The translations under genes were made by a program, and so were the position numbers. Shown here in pieces: positions 1-9,311 of a stretch of DNA of 64,000 nt. The DNA is from Vicinamibacteria bacterium. GTDB lineage: Bacteria > Acidobacteriota > Vicinamibacteria > Marinacidobacterales > Marinacidobacteraceae. The number at the start of each line of letters is the position of its first letter. Within the stretch, counting starts at the first letter, position 1. The notes under the pieces were generated by a model. It was given only the letters and a program-made list of their open reading frames with translations, was not told where the DNA came from and made no database searches. Where the stretch lies: positions 2,272,001-2,336,000 of the forward strand of contig OY821641.1 of assembly GCA_963555995.3 (NCBI GenBank), in the 5' to 3' direction.

Positions 1-73
1 TTTCGGCGCGCTGACCCGAACGCCCGTTCACCTCTAGAATTCGCGGTCCGCCGCGCGCGGCGGGGAGGCACCC

Positions 74-1171
74 ATGCGCCACTTCACGAACATCCTCAAG
101 ACCGCCGGAACCGGCATCGTCACCGCCGGGTTCCTGCTCGGCGCCTCCGCCTGCGGCGGGGGCGCGGCGGAGGAACCGGCCGAGCCGCAGGCGACGGTCT
201 CCGGGCACGACGACTTCCCGAATCCCTTCGCCGCGGAGGCGATGTGGGGCGACCTGCCGGGGGAGCGGACCTGGGGCGCGGTGAGCGCGATCTATCCCGC
301 CGCCGACGGCAACATCTGGGCCGCGGAGCGGTGCGGCGCGAACTTCTGCGGCGACCGGCCCGAGGTGGACACGGTGGTTCTCTTCAGCCCCGAGGGCGAG
401 GCGCTGAAGAGCTTCGGGGCCGGCCTCATCGCCTGGCCGCACGGGATGTTCGTGGACCACGAGGGGAACGTCTGGGTGACCGACGCCAAGGGCTTCGTGC
501 CCGACGAGCGGGTCCCCGAGGGCCTCGGCCACTTCGTGATCAAGTTCAGCCCCGACGGCGAGGTGCTGCTGCGGCTCGGCGAGCCGGGCGTCGCGGGGAC
601 CGCCGACGGGCAGTTCAACATGCCCTCGGACGTGCTGGTCACGCCGGACGGAACCATCTTCGTGGCCGACGGCCACAACTCCGGCGGGAACAACCGGATC
701 GTCAAGTTCTCGGCGGACGGCGAGTTCCTGAGCAGCTTCGGGGAGACCGGGACCGGCCCGGGGCAGTTCCGTGACCCGCACGCGCTGGCGATGGATTCGA
801 TGGGCCGCCTCTTCGTCGGGGACCGGGGCAACAACCGCATCCAGCTCTTCGACCAGGAAGGCAACTTCATCGAGGAGTGGCTGCAGTTCGGCCGGCCGAG
901 CGGCATCTTCATCACCGCCGACGACACGATCTACGTGGCGGACTCCGAGTCCACCTCGGAGGCGAACCCGGGCTTCGGCCGGGGCATCCGCATCGGGAGC
1001 GCGGTGGACGGCGCCGTCCACTACTACCTGCCCGACGACGTGTCGGACCTCGAGCCCGGCGCGGAACCGGTGACGAGCGGCCCGGAAGGCATCGCCGTGG
1101 ACTCCCAGGGCGGCGTCTACGGCGGCGAGGTCCGCCAACAGATGGTCCGCAAGTTCACGCGCACCGAGTAG
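74..1171 (+). CDS. NHL-repeat beta-propeller lipoprotein (peptidyl-alpha-hydroxyglycine alpha-amidating lyase-like)
   Basis: Lipobox ASAC; repeated NHL motifs (WPHGMFVD, FNMPSDV, FRDPHALAMD, GDRGNNRIQLFD); GGAGG RBS. Confidence 0.85.
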   Translation: MRHFTNILKTAGTGIVTAGFLLGASACGGGAAEEPAEPQATVSGHDDFPNPFAAEAMWGDLPGERTWGAVSAIYPAADGNIWAAERCGANFCGDRPEVDTVVLFSPEGEALKSFGAGLIAWPHGMFVDHEGNVWVTDAKGFVPDERVPEGLGHFVIKFSPDGEVLLRLGEPGVAGTADGQFNMPSDVLVTPDGTIFVADGHNSGGNNRIVKFSADGEFLSSFGETGTGPGQFRDPHALAMDSMGRLFVGDRGNNRIQLFDQEGNFIEEWLQFGRPSGIFITADDTIYVADSESTSEANPGFGRGIRIGSAVDGAVHYYLPDDVSDLEPGAEPVTSGPEGIAVDSQGGVYGGEVRQQMVRKFTRTE

Positions 1172-1225
1172 TGGGAGCGGGGCCGACAAGATGTACGGCC
1201 GGGCATGACAGAGGCGCCGCCGGCT

Positions 1226-1388
1226 GGGAGCGCCGGTCTTCAGACCGGCACGCGCTGCGCCACAGCGCAGCGCACGGCGCCACGCTCACCTGCGTGGTGG
1301 CCTTCTGCTCCTGGTTCATCACCGCGAACTGCAACTCGACATCCGCGGGCCTTCGGCCCGCTGTGCCGGTCTGAAGACCGGCGCTCCC
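1226..1388. repeat. 163-bp MITE/REPIN-like element bounded by inverted REP-like palindromes
   Basis: GGGAGCGCCGGTCTTCAGACCGGCA at 1226 and its reverse complement at 1364-1388; closely similar inverted copy at 21482-21644. Confidence 0.85.
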
Positions 1389-1505
1389 AGCCGTTCCCGC
1401 CGTTTTCGGGCCGGGCGGGGTCTTCAGCAGGACCCGATCATGGGCGTTTCTCCCGGTTGGAGGCCTCCAGACCCGTCACAATGGAGCGGCGGCGGAGGTA
1501 GCCCC

Positions 1506-2654
1506 ATGAAGATCGCACACTTGGCCATGGCCCTTTCCCTCGCCGGCGGACTCGCCCTCCTGTCCGCCTGCGGCGCCGGGAGCCCGGCGGACGTGACGGA
1601 ATCGGCCCCGGCGACGCCCCCGGCCAAGGGCGGCGACGACCGTACCGGCGAGTACGACGCCGTCCCCGGCTGGTGGAAACCCGCGCCCGACCACGTGGAA
1701 CCCTGGGGCTGGGGACAGGTCTCCGCGGTGGCGGTGGACACCCCGGACCGCATCATCGTCGGCATCTGGGGCGACCGGGACGCCGAGAACCGCGAGCGCG
1801 AGGGGAGCACCAACTACCTGGTCGCCGTGGACCGCGAAGGCAACCTCACCGAGAACTGGTCGCAGTGGGACTCGACGTTCAACAAGCCGCATCAGCTCTA
1901 CATCAGCCCCTACGACCCCGACCGGCACGTCTGGCTCGTGGAGCGCGGCGGCGGCAAGGACGTGAACATGCAGATCCTCAAGTTCTCGAACGACGGGAGC
2001 GAGCTGGTGATGCGGCTGGTTGATCCCGATCACCCCACCACCCGGGCGGAGGCGCGCGCCAACCCGAACCCGGGTCCCTTCGAGTACGGCGACCCCTCCG
2101 TGATGGCGTTCCTGCCGAACGGCGACTTCCTCGTCGGCGACGGTTACTGGCACTCGCGGATCATCAAGTACGACGCCGAGGGCGAGTACCTCATGGAGTG
2201 GGGCGAGCTCGGGAACGGCCCGGGCCAGTTCGACCTCATCCACGGGCTGGCGGTGGACCGGAACCGCCGCGTCTACGTGGGCGACCGCAGCAACAACCGC
2301 ATCCAGATCTTCACCGAGGACGGCGAGTACCTCGACGAGTGGCCCGACATCTCCGATCCCGTCGGCGTCTTCGTGGACGAGAACGACGCCGTCTGGGTGA
2401 TCTCGGCGGTGCTGAACCGCATCCTCAAGTACAGCGCCGACGGCGAGCTCCAGTACCACCTGGGCGCCTACGGCGGCACCCGGGGCGGCTTCCCGGGCGG
2501 TCTGTCGCGCCCGCACCAGATGGACGTGGACCAGGAGGGCAACCTCTACATCGCGAGCTGGGACGGGGGCTGGATGGACAAGTTCATTCCCAAACCGGAC
2601 GCCGACCCCGGCAAGCTCGTGGGGCGACCGCTGGTCCTGCCGACCCCGGACTAG
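1506..2654 (+). CDS. NHL-repeat lipoprotein (PAL-like)
   Basis: ATG 1506 after GGAGG; lipobox LSAC; NHL motifs (FDLIHGLAVD, GDRSNNRIQIF, RPHQMDVD). Confidence 0.85.
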   Translation: MKIAHLAMALSLAGGLALLSACGAGSPADVTESAPATPPAKGGDDRTGEYDAVPGWWKPAPDHVEPWGWGQVSAVAVDTPDRIIVGIWGDRDAENREREGSTNYLVAVDREGNLTENWSQWDSTFNKPHQLYISPYDPDRHVWLVERGGGKDVNMQILKFSNDGSELVMRLVDPDHPTTRAEARANPNPGPFEYGDPSVMAFLPNGDFLVGDGYWHSRIIKYDAEGEYLMEWGELGNGPGQFDLIHGLAVDRNRRVYVGDRSNNRIQIFTEDGEYLDEWPDISDPVGVFVDENDAVWVISAVLNRILKYSADGELQYHLGAYGGTRGGFPGGLSRPHQMDVDQEGNLYIASWDGGWMDKFIPKPDADPGKLVGRPLVLPTPD

Positions 2655-2721
2655 TACCCCGATGCCGGTTCCGTTCGCCGGCCAACCTTTCCGAGTTCAA
2701 GAACCCTGGAGGACATCCGTC

Positions 2722-3204
2722 ATGACCTATCGCCAGATCCCGCTGCTGTTCGCGCTGGCGCTGCCCCTCGGCTGCGCCACCGAGACCGCTCCCCCGCAGG
2801 AGGCTCCGGAGGAGACGACGACCCTCGAGCGCCACTACGTCAATCCCCGCACCGCGGCCGATGCCGACGTGCCGCCCTTCAGCGGCGGGGTCATGGTGGG
2901 CGACACCTTCTACGTCGCGGGCACGATCGGGCTGCTCCCCGACCAGACCGTGCCCGACACCGCCCAGGAGGAGGCTCGCCTCGTCATGACCAGCGTGCAG
3001 AACACGCTGGAGGCCGCCGGGCTGACCATGGACGACCTGGTGTTCGTGCAGGTCTATTCCTCGGACGTCGCGGACTACGACGCCTTCAACGAGGTGTACC
3101 GCACGTTCTTCACCCAGGAGTACCCGGCGCGGGCCTACCTGGGCTCCGGCGCGCTCCTCTTCGGGGCGCGCTTCGAGGTGCTCGGGTTCGCGGCGAAGCG
3201 GTAG
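2722..3204 (+). CDS. RidA/YjgF family protein with lipoprotein signal
   Basis: PPFSGGV..GDTFYVAG, FNEVYRTFF..YPARA, LLFGARFEV; lipobox PLGC; GGAGG RBS. Confidence 0.85.
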   Translation: MTYRQIPLLFALALPLGCATETAPPQEAPEETTTLERHYVNPRTAADADVPPFSGGVMVGDTFYVAGTIGLLPDQTVPDTAQEEARLVMTSVQNTLEAAGLTMDDLVFVQVYSSDVADYDAFNEVYRTFFTQEYPARAYLGSGALLFGARFEVLGFAAKR

Positions 3205-3250
3205 GGGCGGTCCGGAATCCACCCCCGGCTCAACTCCTCGGCCCTGGAGA

Positions 3251-3695
3251 CCGCATCTCCATAGCAAGCGCTCATGCGCGGGCCCTCCAGCGAACTCGCC
3301 AACCGCCGTGGGGGCGCCGCCGGCTTGGAACGCCGGCTTCAGCCGGCACAGCCCGCCGAAGGCGGGCGGCGGGAAGGACCTCATCCACCCGGATGGCGCG
3401 ATGGCCGGGAACGCCGGCCACCAGTTCTTCGGCGGCGCCTCGCTTGACCACGCGCCACCCGGGCAGCAGCCGTACGTCGTTCCGCTGCGCTCCGCGCAGC
3501 GGGTGCCGGCTGAAGCCGGCGTTCCAAGCCGTTTCCGCCGTTTCATGACCGGCGGGGTACGCAGGAAAACGGGACGTGCATGTTTCGCGCTCCCGCGCGA
3601 TGCCGGTCTGATCTGCCCAGAGTCGTGGCGCAGCTCCGTCTGCGTCTCCGAACGGACTTCCTGGACGACCGCGTGAACGTGCCGGACGTGTTCCG
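3251..3695. repeat. ~445-bp direct repeat, copy 1 (contains an inverted REP pair)
   Basis: Near-identical to 5669-6112; TGGAACGCCGGCTTCAGCCGGCA at ~3326 and its inverse at ~3504. Confidence 0.9.
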
Positions 3696-3742
3696 CCGCG
3701 ATCCGCAGCGCTGGTGCGAGGCCGGCGTATCGAGCGCCGGTT

Positions 3743-5302
3743 TCACATGCCCCAGACGGTGATGGTCTTCCCCTCGTACTCCGCCGCGCGGCGGTAGATC
3801 TTCTCCTCCCAGGACCGCGCCGGGTCCCGGTCGAAGACCACCAGGTGGCCCGCCTCCGAACCCAGCCGGTCCAGGTACCCCGCCGTCTGCCGCAGCCCCT
3901 CCCGGACCGCCTGCTCCCGCCCCTTGTGCGCCACCTTGCACTCCACCGCGAAGCGGTCCTCCCCGCCGTCGCGCGGCCACACGATCACCAGGTCCGTCCG
4001 ACCCCGTCCGATCCCGTACTCCCGCTCCAGCCGGCCGCCTCCGTTCACGATCCGGTGCAGGAACCCCTGCAGGATGAGCTGCGGACCCGCCTCCGCGTAG
4101 TCGAACCGCCCGGCCCAGTGCTCGCCGTGCTCGCGGAAGAACCGCTGGAACGATCCAAACAGCTTCTCCACGTCCAGCGAGGAGCCCGCGCCCACGTACG
4201 CCGCCGTCTCCTCCGTCAGTCCCTGTTCCATGGCGTACGTCATTTCGCGGGGAATCATCTCGGCGTAGATCGGGTTGGCGATCCGGGTGGGAGGGTCCGG
4301 CGCGATCAGTCCCAAGTCCCGCACGTAACCAATGTCCCGGCGCGACGCCTCGTGTCCCGCCGCGCCGCTCAGGATCGGCTCGATCACCCGGCGAACCCGG
4401 TCCTCGTTGAGTTTCTCCGCCAACTGCCCGAGGTGCGTCTCCCGGCGGAGGATGAGCCGCTCGCGGGCCTCCCGGAGGTCCGCCGCCGTGATCGTCCGCG
4501 AGCGATCCCGGCCCGGGCGGTGGCGGAAGCAGGCGTCATGGGCCAGTGCATTCACGAGCCACGGCTGCCCCCGCGTGTGGTCCCACACCAGATCCAGCGC
4601 CTCGTCGTCGAAGCGCTGTCCCGTCTCCGCCGTGTGCTGGCCGAGCAGCGTGCGCGTCTCCGCCTCGCTGAAGTCCCCGAGCCGCAGCGACTCCGCCTTG
4701 ATGTTGAACGGGCTGCCGGCGACGCCGGGAGCCCGGTAGTCCTGCACGTCGCGCAACCCGCAGAGGACCACGCTCTGCGGGAACGCGGACGGACGCCGGA
4801 TATAGCCGGCGCGGAGCTGTCGCAAGGTCGCCAGGAGCGCGTCGCCGGTCAGGGTGTCAATCTCGTCTATCAGGAGGACGAGGGGCGTGCGGTCGGCCTT
4901 CGCCCACTGCCGGAGGACTTCCCGGAACGCACCGTTCGGACCGGCCTCGGCGAGCGCCCGCTGCCAGACCCGGGAAACCACATCCTCCCCCAGCGTTTCC
5001 TCCGCCTCCAGCGCCAGTTCGGCGAGAACAGCACGCATCGCCCGCTCGGGGTCGTCGCGGGTCGCCTGCCCGACCTCGAAGTTGACGTACGCAGAGCGGT
5101 AGGCGCCGACCGAGCCGCCGTTCAGCAGGTCGCGGAGCGCGAGCAGCACGGAGGTCTTCCCCGACTGCCGCGGCGCGTGGAGGACGAAGTACTTCCGGCG
5201 CCGGATCAGCGTCAGGACCTCGTCGAGATCCAGCCGCTCCAGTGGCGGGATGCAGTAGTGCTCCTCCCGCGCGACCGGCCCCTCCGTGTTGAAGAACCGC
5301 AT
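3743..5302 (-). CDS. AAA-type P-loop ATPase with C-terminal PD-(D/E)XK-like nuclease domain
   Basis: MRFFNTEGP start; Walker A APRQSGKTS; Walker B LLIDEID; C-terminal EREY..GRTDL..AVECK. Confidence 0.88.
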   Translation of the reverse strand: MRFFNTEGPVAREEHYCIPPLERLDLDEVLTLIRRRKYFVLHAPRQSGKTSVLLALRDLLNGGSVGAYRSAYVNFEVGQATRDDPERAMRAVLAELALEAEETLGEDVVSRVWQRALAEAGPNGAFREVLRQWAKADRTPLVLLIDEIDTLTGDALLATLRQLRAGYIRRPSAFPQSVVLCGLRDVQDYRAPGVAGSPFNIKAESLRLGDFSEAETRTLLGQHTAETGQRFDDEALDLVWDHTRGQPWLVNALAHDACFRHRPGRDRSRTITAADLREARERLILRRETHLGQLAEKLNEDRVRRVIEPILSGAAGHEASRRDIGYVRDLGLIAPDPPTRIANPIYAEMIPREMTYAMEQGLTEETAAYVGAGSSLDVEKLFGSFQRFFREHGEHWAGRFDYAEAGPQLILQGFLHRIVNGGGRLEREYGIGRGRTDLVIVWPRDGGEDRFAVECKVAHKGREQAVREGLRQTAGYLDRLGSEAGHLVVFDRDPARSWEEKIYRRAAEYEGKTITVWGM

Positions 5303-5668
5303 CGCGCCGGAGTATCGCACGCCGCGTCGCCCCGCCACTTGGGCAGGCGCCCCCGGCCGGGCACATCCCCCAGACGGTGATGGTCTTCCCCTCTTGCCCG
5401 GACGTGTTCCGGGTGGGATACGGGCTCGGCAGGCGCGGCGGGGTGAAACCGGTCCGTTAGCTGTTAGCCGGTATTTCTCAACCTCGGAAGCACCGCCGCG
5501 TGCCGGCCGCCGGCTTTGAAGGCGAGAATCGTGGTGTGTTTCGCCCGCCTATGGCGGGCGGCGCCGGTGTGACCGGCCCCACCGGGAGACACGCCCATGA
5601 TCGGTCCGTCTGCGTACCGCGCCGGTCATGAAGAACCGCGGGAACGCCTCGGGCTCGGAGCGCCCAGG

Positions 5669-6112
5669 CCGCATCTCCATAGCAAGCGCTCATGCGCGGG
5701 TCCTCCAGCGAACTCGCCAACCGCCGTGGGGGCGCCGCCGGCTTGGAACGCCGGCTTCAGCCGGCACAGCCCGCCGAAGGCGGGCGGCGGGAAGGACCTC
5801 ATCCACCCGGATGGCGCGATGGCCGGGAACGCCGGCCACCAGTTCTTCGGCGGCGCCTCGCTTGACCACGCGCCACCCGGGCAGCAGCCGTACGTCGTTC
5901 CGCTGCGCTCCGCGCAGCGGGTGCCGGCTGAAGCCGGCGTTCCAAGCCGTTTCCGCCGTTTCATGACCGGCGGGGTACTCAGGAAAACGGGACATGCATG
6001 TTTCGCACTCCGCGCGATGCCGGTCTGATCTGCCCAGAGTCGTGGCGCAGCTCCGTCTGCGTCTCCGAACGGACTTCCTGGACGACCGCGTGAACGTGCC
6101 GGACGTGTTCCG
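5669..6112. repeat. ~445-bp direct repeat, copy 2
   Basis: Near-identical to 3251-3695. Confidence 0.9.
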
Positions 6113-6345
6113 GGTGGGATACGGACTCGGCAGGCGTGGCGGAGTGAAGCCAGTTCGTTAGCGTTCTTCGGAGTCTGCCGGCGGCGGAAGCGCCGTCGGC
6201 ATCATGCCCCGATCCACGCCGATCATGCCCTGATCCGTGGGCATCATGCCTCGGTCCGCGTGTGCCCCCTTTGCGGATCATGCCTCGATCCGCACCGTCC
6301 GACACGGCGGTGGTTCGGGGCACCGCGTACGGAGTGCCGGGCCGG

Positions 6346-7248
6346 TCAGTAGATGGTGGCCTCGAAGTCTTCCGGGTTCAGGATCCGGACGGTCCCGTCG
6401 AACCCCCGGATCACGTAGAACCCCGCCCGCTCCGCCGCCCTGAGCGCCGCCGCGCCCGCCTTCAGGTAAACCACCGCACCCAGCACCCGCCGGGGTGCCG
6501 GCTCGGGATACCACTTCCGGAAATCCGCCAACCGCTTCCGGAACTTCCACACGTCCTCCCGCCGCAGCCTGAACTTCACCTCCAACACGACGGTATCGCC
6601 CGGCCCGAAGGCCACCAGGTCGTAGGCCCGCCTCTCCCCGTCCTTCTCGATGCGCAGCCCGGCCGCTAGCGACCCCACGTCCAGACGCGCATCCCGGAGC
6701 AGTTCCAGAAGATCGTTTGCGACGAGCCCCTCCCCGAGAACGCCCAGGCGGTCGTCCGCCTCACGGGCTTGCTGGAACCGCCGGTCCCATGCCCGGTCAC
6801 GTTCCTCCTGCTCCCGCCGGAGCCGCAGGTCGAGTCTCCGCATCTCCTCCTCGTGCTCGGCCATGGCCTGCTGCCGCGCGGCGGCCTCCGCGTCCAGCGA
6901 CTCCTTCTGCGCTTTCGCAGCCGCCTCCAGTGCCTTCCGCTGCTCGGTCGCCGCGGCCTTTCGCCGCTCCGCAGCTTCCGCCTCGGCCTTTCGCCGCTCC
7001 GCAGCTTCCGCCTCGGCCTTCCGCCGCTCCGCAGCTTCCGCCTCGGCCTTCCGCCGCTCGGTCGCCTCGGCCTTCCGCCGCTCCTCCTCAGCCTTTCGGC
7101 GCTCCTCCGCCTGCCGTTCGAGGCGCCGGACGAGCGCTGCGTGCTCGCGCTTCGCCGCCCGCGCCTCGCGGGCCATGGCATCGAGAATCCGCCAGATCTG
7201 GGCGGGGGTCGGGGTGGAACGCCGACGGCGGCGTCTTCTCGGAGGCAT
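6346..7248 (-). CDS. Coiled-coil protein with C-terminal PD-(D/E)XK-fold domain (DUF3782-like)
   Basis: Charged helical N-half with ERRKAEAEAA repeats; LGVLGE..YDLVA..VLEVK motif; start uncertain (ATG 7248 chosen). Confidence 0.7.
   Translation of the reverse strand: MPPRRRRRRRSTPTPAQIWRILDAMAREARAAKREHAALVRRLERQAEERRKAEEERRKAEATERRKAEAEAAERRKAEAEAAERRKAEAEAAERRKAAATEQRKALEAAAKAQKESLDAEAAARQQAMAEHEEEMRRLDLRLRREQEERDRAWDRRFQQAREADDRLGVLGEGLVANDLLELLRDARLDVGSLAAGLRIEKDGERRAYDLVAFGPGDTVVLEVKFRLRREDVWKFRKRLADFRKWYPEPAPRRVLGAVVYLKAGAAALRAAERAGFYVIRGFDGTVRILNPEDFEATIY
6955..7083 (-). repeat. Coding 30-bp tandem repeat (ERRKAEAEAA, ~4 units)
   Basis: GCCTT(T/C)CGCCGCTCCGCAGCTTCCGCCTCG repeated in frame. 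Confidence 0.85.
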
Positions 7249-7499
7249 GATCCTGCGGGATGCTATCCCGGAGGTCCACCCGTCGGGAGACACGACCCTT
7301 GACGCGGTCGGGAGACGCCAATCTCTACGCGCTGTTGGTGCTCGGGGAGGAGGGCCGCTCCGAGTCGGGGAGCCGCGAGGCGGAGGGAAGCCGGGCCGTC
7401 CGCCTCGGCGGCGGTTCAATGGCTCCCTTGTCAAGAGGCACCGCCACCCATGCGCAAACGCGGTCGGGTATATGGTCGGATGCCCGAAGAGGTGCCCTA

Positions 7500-7835
7500 A
7501 TGCGTATCCCGGATGACGTTCTCTACGACTTCCTGACGGCCGCTGCCCGGAATCGGCGGAGGATCACTTACGGCGAACTCGGGAAGAAGTTCGGAATCCC
7601 TCCGCCCTTCTCTCCGCTCAATCATGCTCTTGGCCGGATCTCCCGTGCGGCTCATGAGGACGGACGACCGATGCTCAGCGCGGTAGCTGTCAATCAGGAA
7701 ACCAAGAAACCCGGAATCGGGTTCTACGAACTAGCTTGGGATTTGGGGAAGGACTTGACCGACGAGAACGCCTTCTACAAGTCCGAACTCAAGCAAGTCT
7801 ACGAAACGGATTGGCCGGAGTCTTACCCCTATTGA
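7500..7835 (+). CDS. Small hypothetical protein, probable winged-helix DNA-binding domain
   Basis: AGAGG RBS; ITYGEL..LGRIS..RPMLSAVAV..KPGIGFY pattern; lower GC. Confidence 0.65.
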   Translation: MRIPDDVLYDFLTAAARNRRRITYGELGKKFGIPPPFSPLNHALGRISRAAHEDGRPMLSAVAVNQETKKPGIGFYELAWDLGKDLTDENAFYKSELKQVYETDWPESYPY

Positions 7836-7894
7836 CAGCGGCGCTATCCCGAACCTGAATTGATTGGCCGGGCCGGGGATTAACCCTCGACCCG

Positions 7895-8007
7895 ACCGAG
7901 GTGGGTGTAGCTCAACCGGAAGAGCACTCCCAGTCAGGAGAAACGAACGCTTGTGCAGTTGGGGGACACCGATTCTTGACTGGATCGCGAGCAACGCCGC
8001 TCACGGT
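7895..8007 (+). ncRNA. Candidate tRNA-like structured RNA
   Basis: GTGGGTG-TA-GCTC-AACCGGAA-GAGC (acceptor strand plus D arm); pairs with CGCTCAC at 7998-8004; internal stem CCAGTCAGGA/TCTTGACTGG; no canonical T loop. Confidence 0.4.
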
Positions 8008-8205
8008 GACGGTGAAATTCTTCAGCTACGATCGGGGCCAGCAAGGACTTCCAGAAGGAAGGCTCCGAGGATTACGAGCTTGTTTCTTGCAGCCGGGCAG
8101 AGTGAGAAGAGGCTTCCCGAGGTCGCTCGGAGAGTTGCTACTATCCACTTGATGGCTGTATTTTCCGCACATCACTTAGTTGTAGACAAGAAGAGGTATT
8201 CCAGC

Positions 8206-8697
8206 ATGACGGATTCAGTGGACGATGCGGTTCTCCGCGCAATGGAACAGCTAGTTTGCAATGGGAGGATTCTGACTTGCCAGACCGTACCGGACGAGGC
8301 GGCGAAGCTTCTGGCGGCTCGAGAACGGGGGAGAGTCTCAATCCCCGGTGCCTATGAGCCGGTTCAAAAGGCGATTGAAAGACTGCACGCCGACGGGAGA
8401 ATCGAGCGGTATTGGGAGAGCAAAGAGGAGTGGCGTATTTTGGACCCAAACAGAAGTGACTTCGAAAGTATGGCCGAGAAGATTGTCCTTGATTCATTCG
8501 CAATTCTGATTCAAGAAGGAAAGGCGGCACAGCGGCATAGCGTGCCAGAAAAAGCTCGTAAGCTGCTCTTTCAACGAGCATTGGGAAGAATCACGTCCTC
8601 GACAGCCGTGGATCTGGTTGGAAGGGCCATAGAGACCTTGGAGAGCAGGGGGGAGATCGAGTGTCCTTTGACCGGTGCCTGGCGCGTTCTGAAGTGA
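8206..8697 (+). CDS. Hypothetical protein with two tandem ~75-aa wHTH-like repeats
   Basis: AAGAGG RBS before ATG 8206; VPDEAAKLL..AIERL..GRIE..WRIL matches VPEKARKLL..AIETL..GEIE..WRVL. Confidence 0.65.
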   Translation: MTDSVDDAVLRAMEQLVCNGRILTCQTVPDEAAKLLAARERGRVSIPGAYEPVQKAIERLHADGRIERYWESKEEWRILDPNRSDFESMAEKIVLDSFAILIQEGKAAQRHSVPEKARKLLFQRALGRITSSTAVDLVGRAIETLESRGEIECPLTGAWRVLK

Positions 8698-9024
8698 AAC
8701 AACCAACCTGTCGGATTACGTTGTTCAGGTCGGCTGCGGTGAACCGATAGCTGCGACGAGGTTGTTGGTCGATGGATGTGATTTCCTAGACGCTCTTCCA
8801 TGTGGCGCTGCTGCGCATCGCTGGATTCGTGCTACAGATTGCCAGGAGCGCCGCCTCTAGGGAACGGCCCGAGACACGCTTCCATTCCGGTCTTGTCAGC
8901 ATCTCGGATGCACCACTAGCCAGACCGCTGGTCCTCATCGCTGAGCCCTAGTTTCGCGAAGTCCACAAGGGGACGGTCGCCGCCTCGGAGCGTCCAGGTC
9001 CCAGGCGCGATTCGGGGATCGTCC

Positions 9025-9052
9025 TTGACACCTGTTCCGGTGTCGCTATGCT
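9025..9052 (+). promoter_or_regulatory. Sigma70-like promoter with overlapping palindrome
   Basis: TTGACA-16 bp-TATGCT; GACACC-N6-GGTGTC palindrome at 9027-9044. Confidence 0.5.
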
Positions 9053-9077
9053 TGCCCGCCCATGCTTGGTACGGGCG

Positions 9078-9311
9078 TTAGTCGGACTCCTTCGCCTTCT
9101 TCCAGCGCGCCTCCGCTGCCTGCCGTGCGATCTCTGAGCGGCGCTCCGGGCTCAGTTTCTGGGCCCTTGCCAGCCCGCCCTTCCGGCCACCGAGTCTCCC
9201 GAGGAGTGCCGCTGCTGCTGTCTTGGCTTCCTCGTCCAGAGCCCCGGCCTCCTCAAGATCTCGGATCAGGTCCAGCAACTGTCTGACCCTCTGATCAACC
9301 GGCTCTGACAT
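9078..9311 (-). CDS. Small basic KGG-motif protein of the type found in mobile elements
   Basis: LGRLGGRKGGLARAQKLSPERRSEIARQAAEARW. Confidence 0.75.
   Translation of the reverse strand: MSEPVDQRVRQLLDLIRDLEEAGALDEEAKTAAAALLGRLGGRKGGLARAQKLSPERRSEIARQAAEARWKKAKESD

Noticed and set aside
3308-3676. Short ORFs repeated in REP regions ([16 protein letters not shown])
   Set aside because: Translations of the repeat elements with no coding evidence
3744-5393. DGR template/variable repeat pair
   Set aside because: Only 32 bp, the single mismatch is not at an adenine, and there is no reverse transcriptase in the window
7901-8004. Functional canonical tRNA
   Set aside because: No T-loop consensus, no regular 7-nt anticodon loop and no CCA; kept only as a tRNA-like candidate
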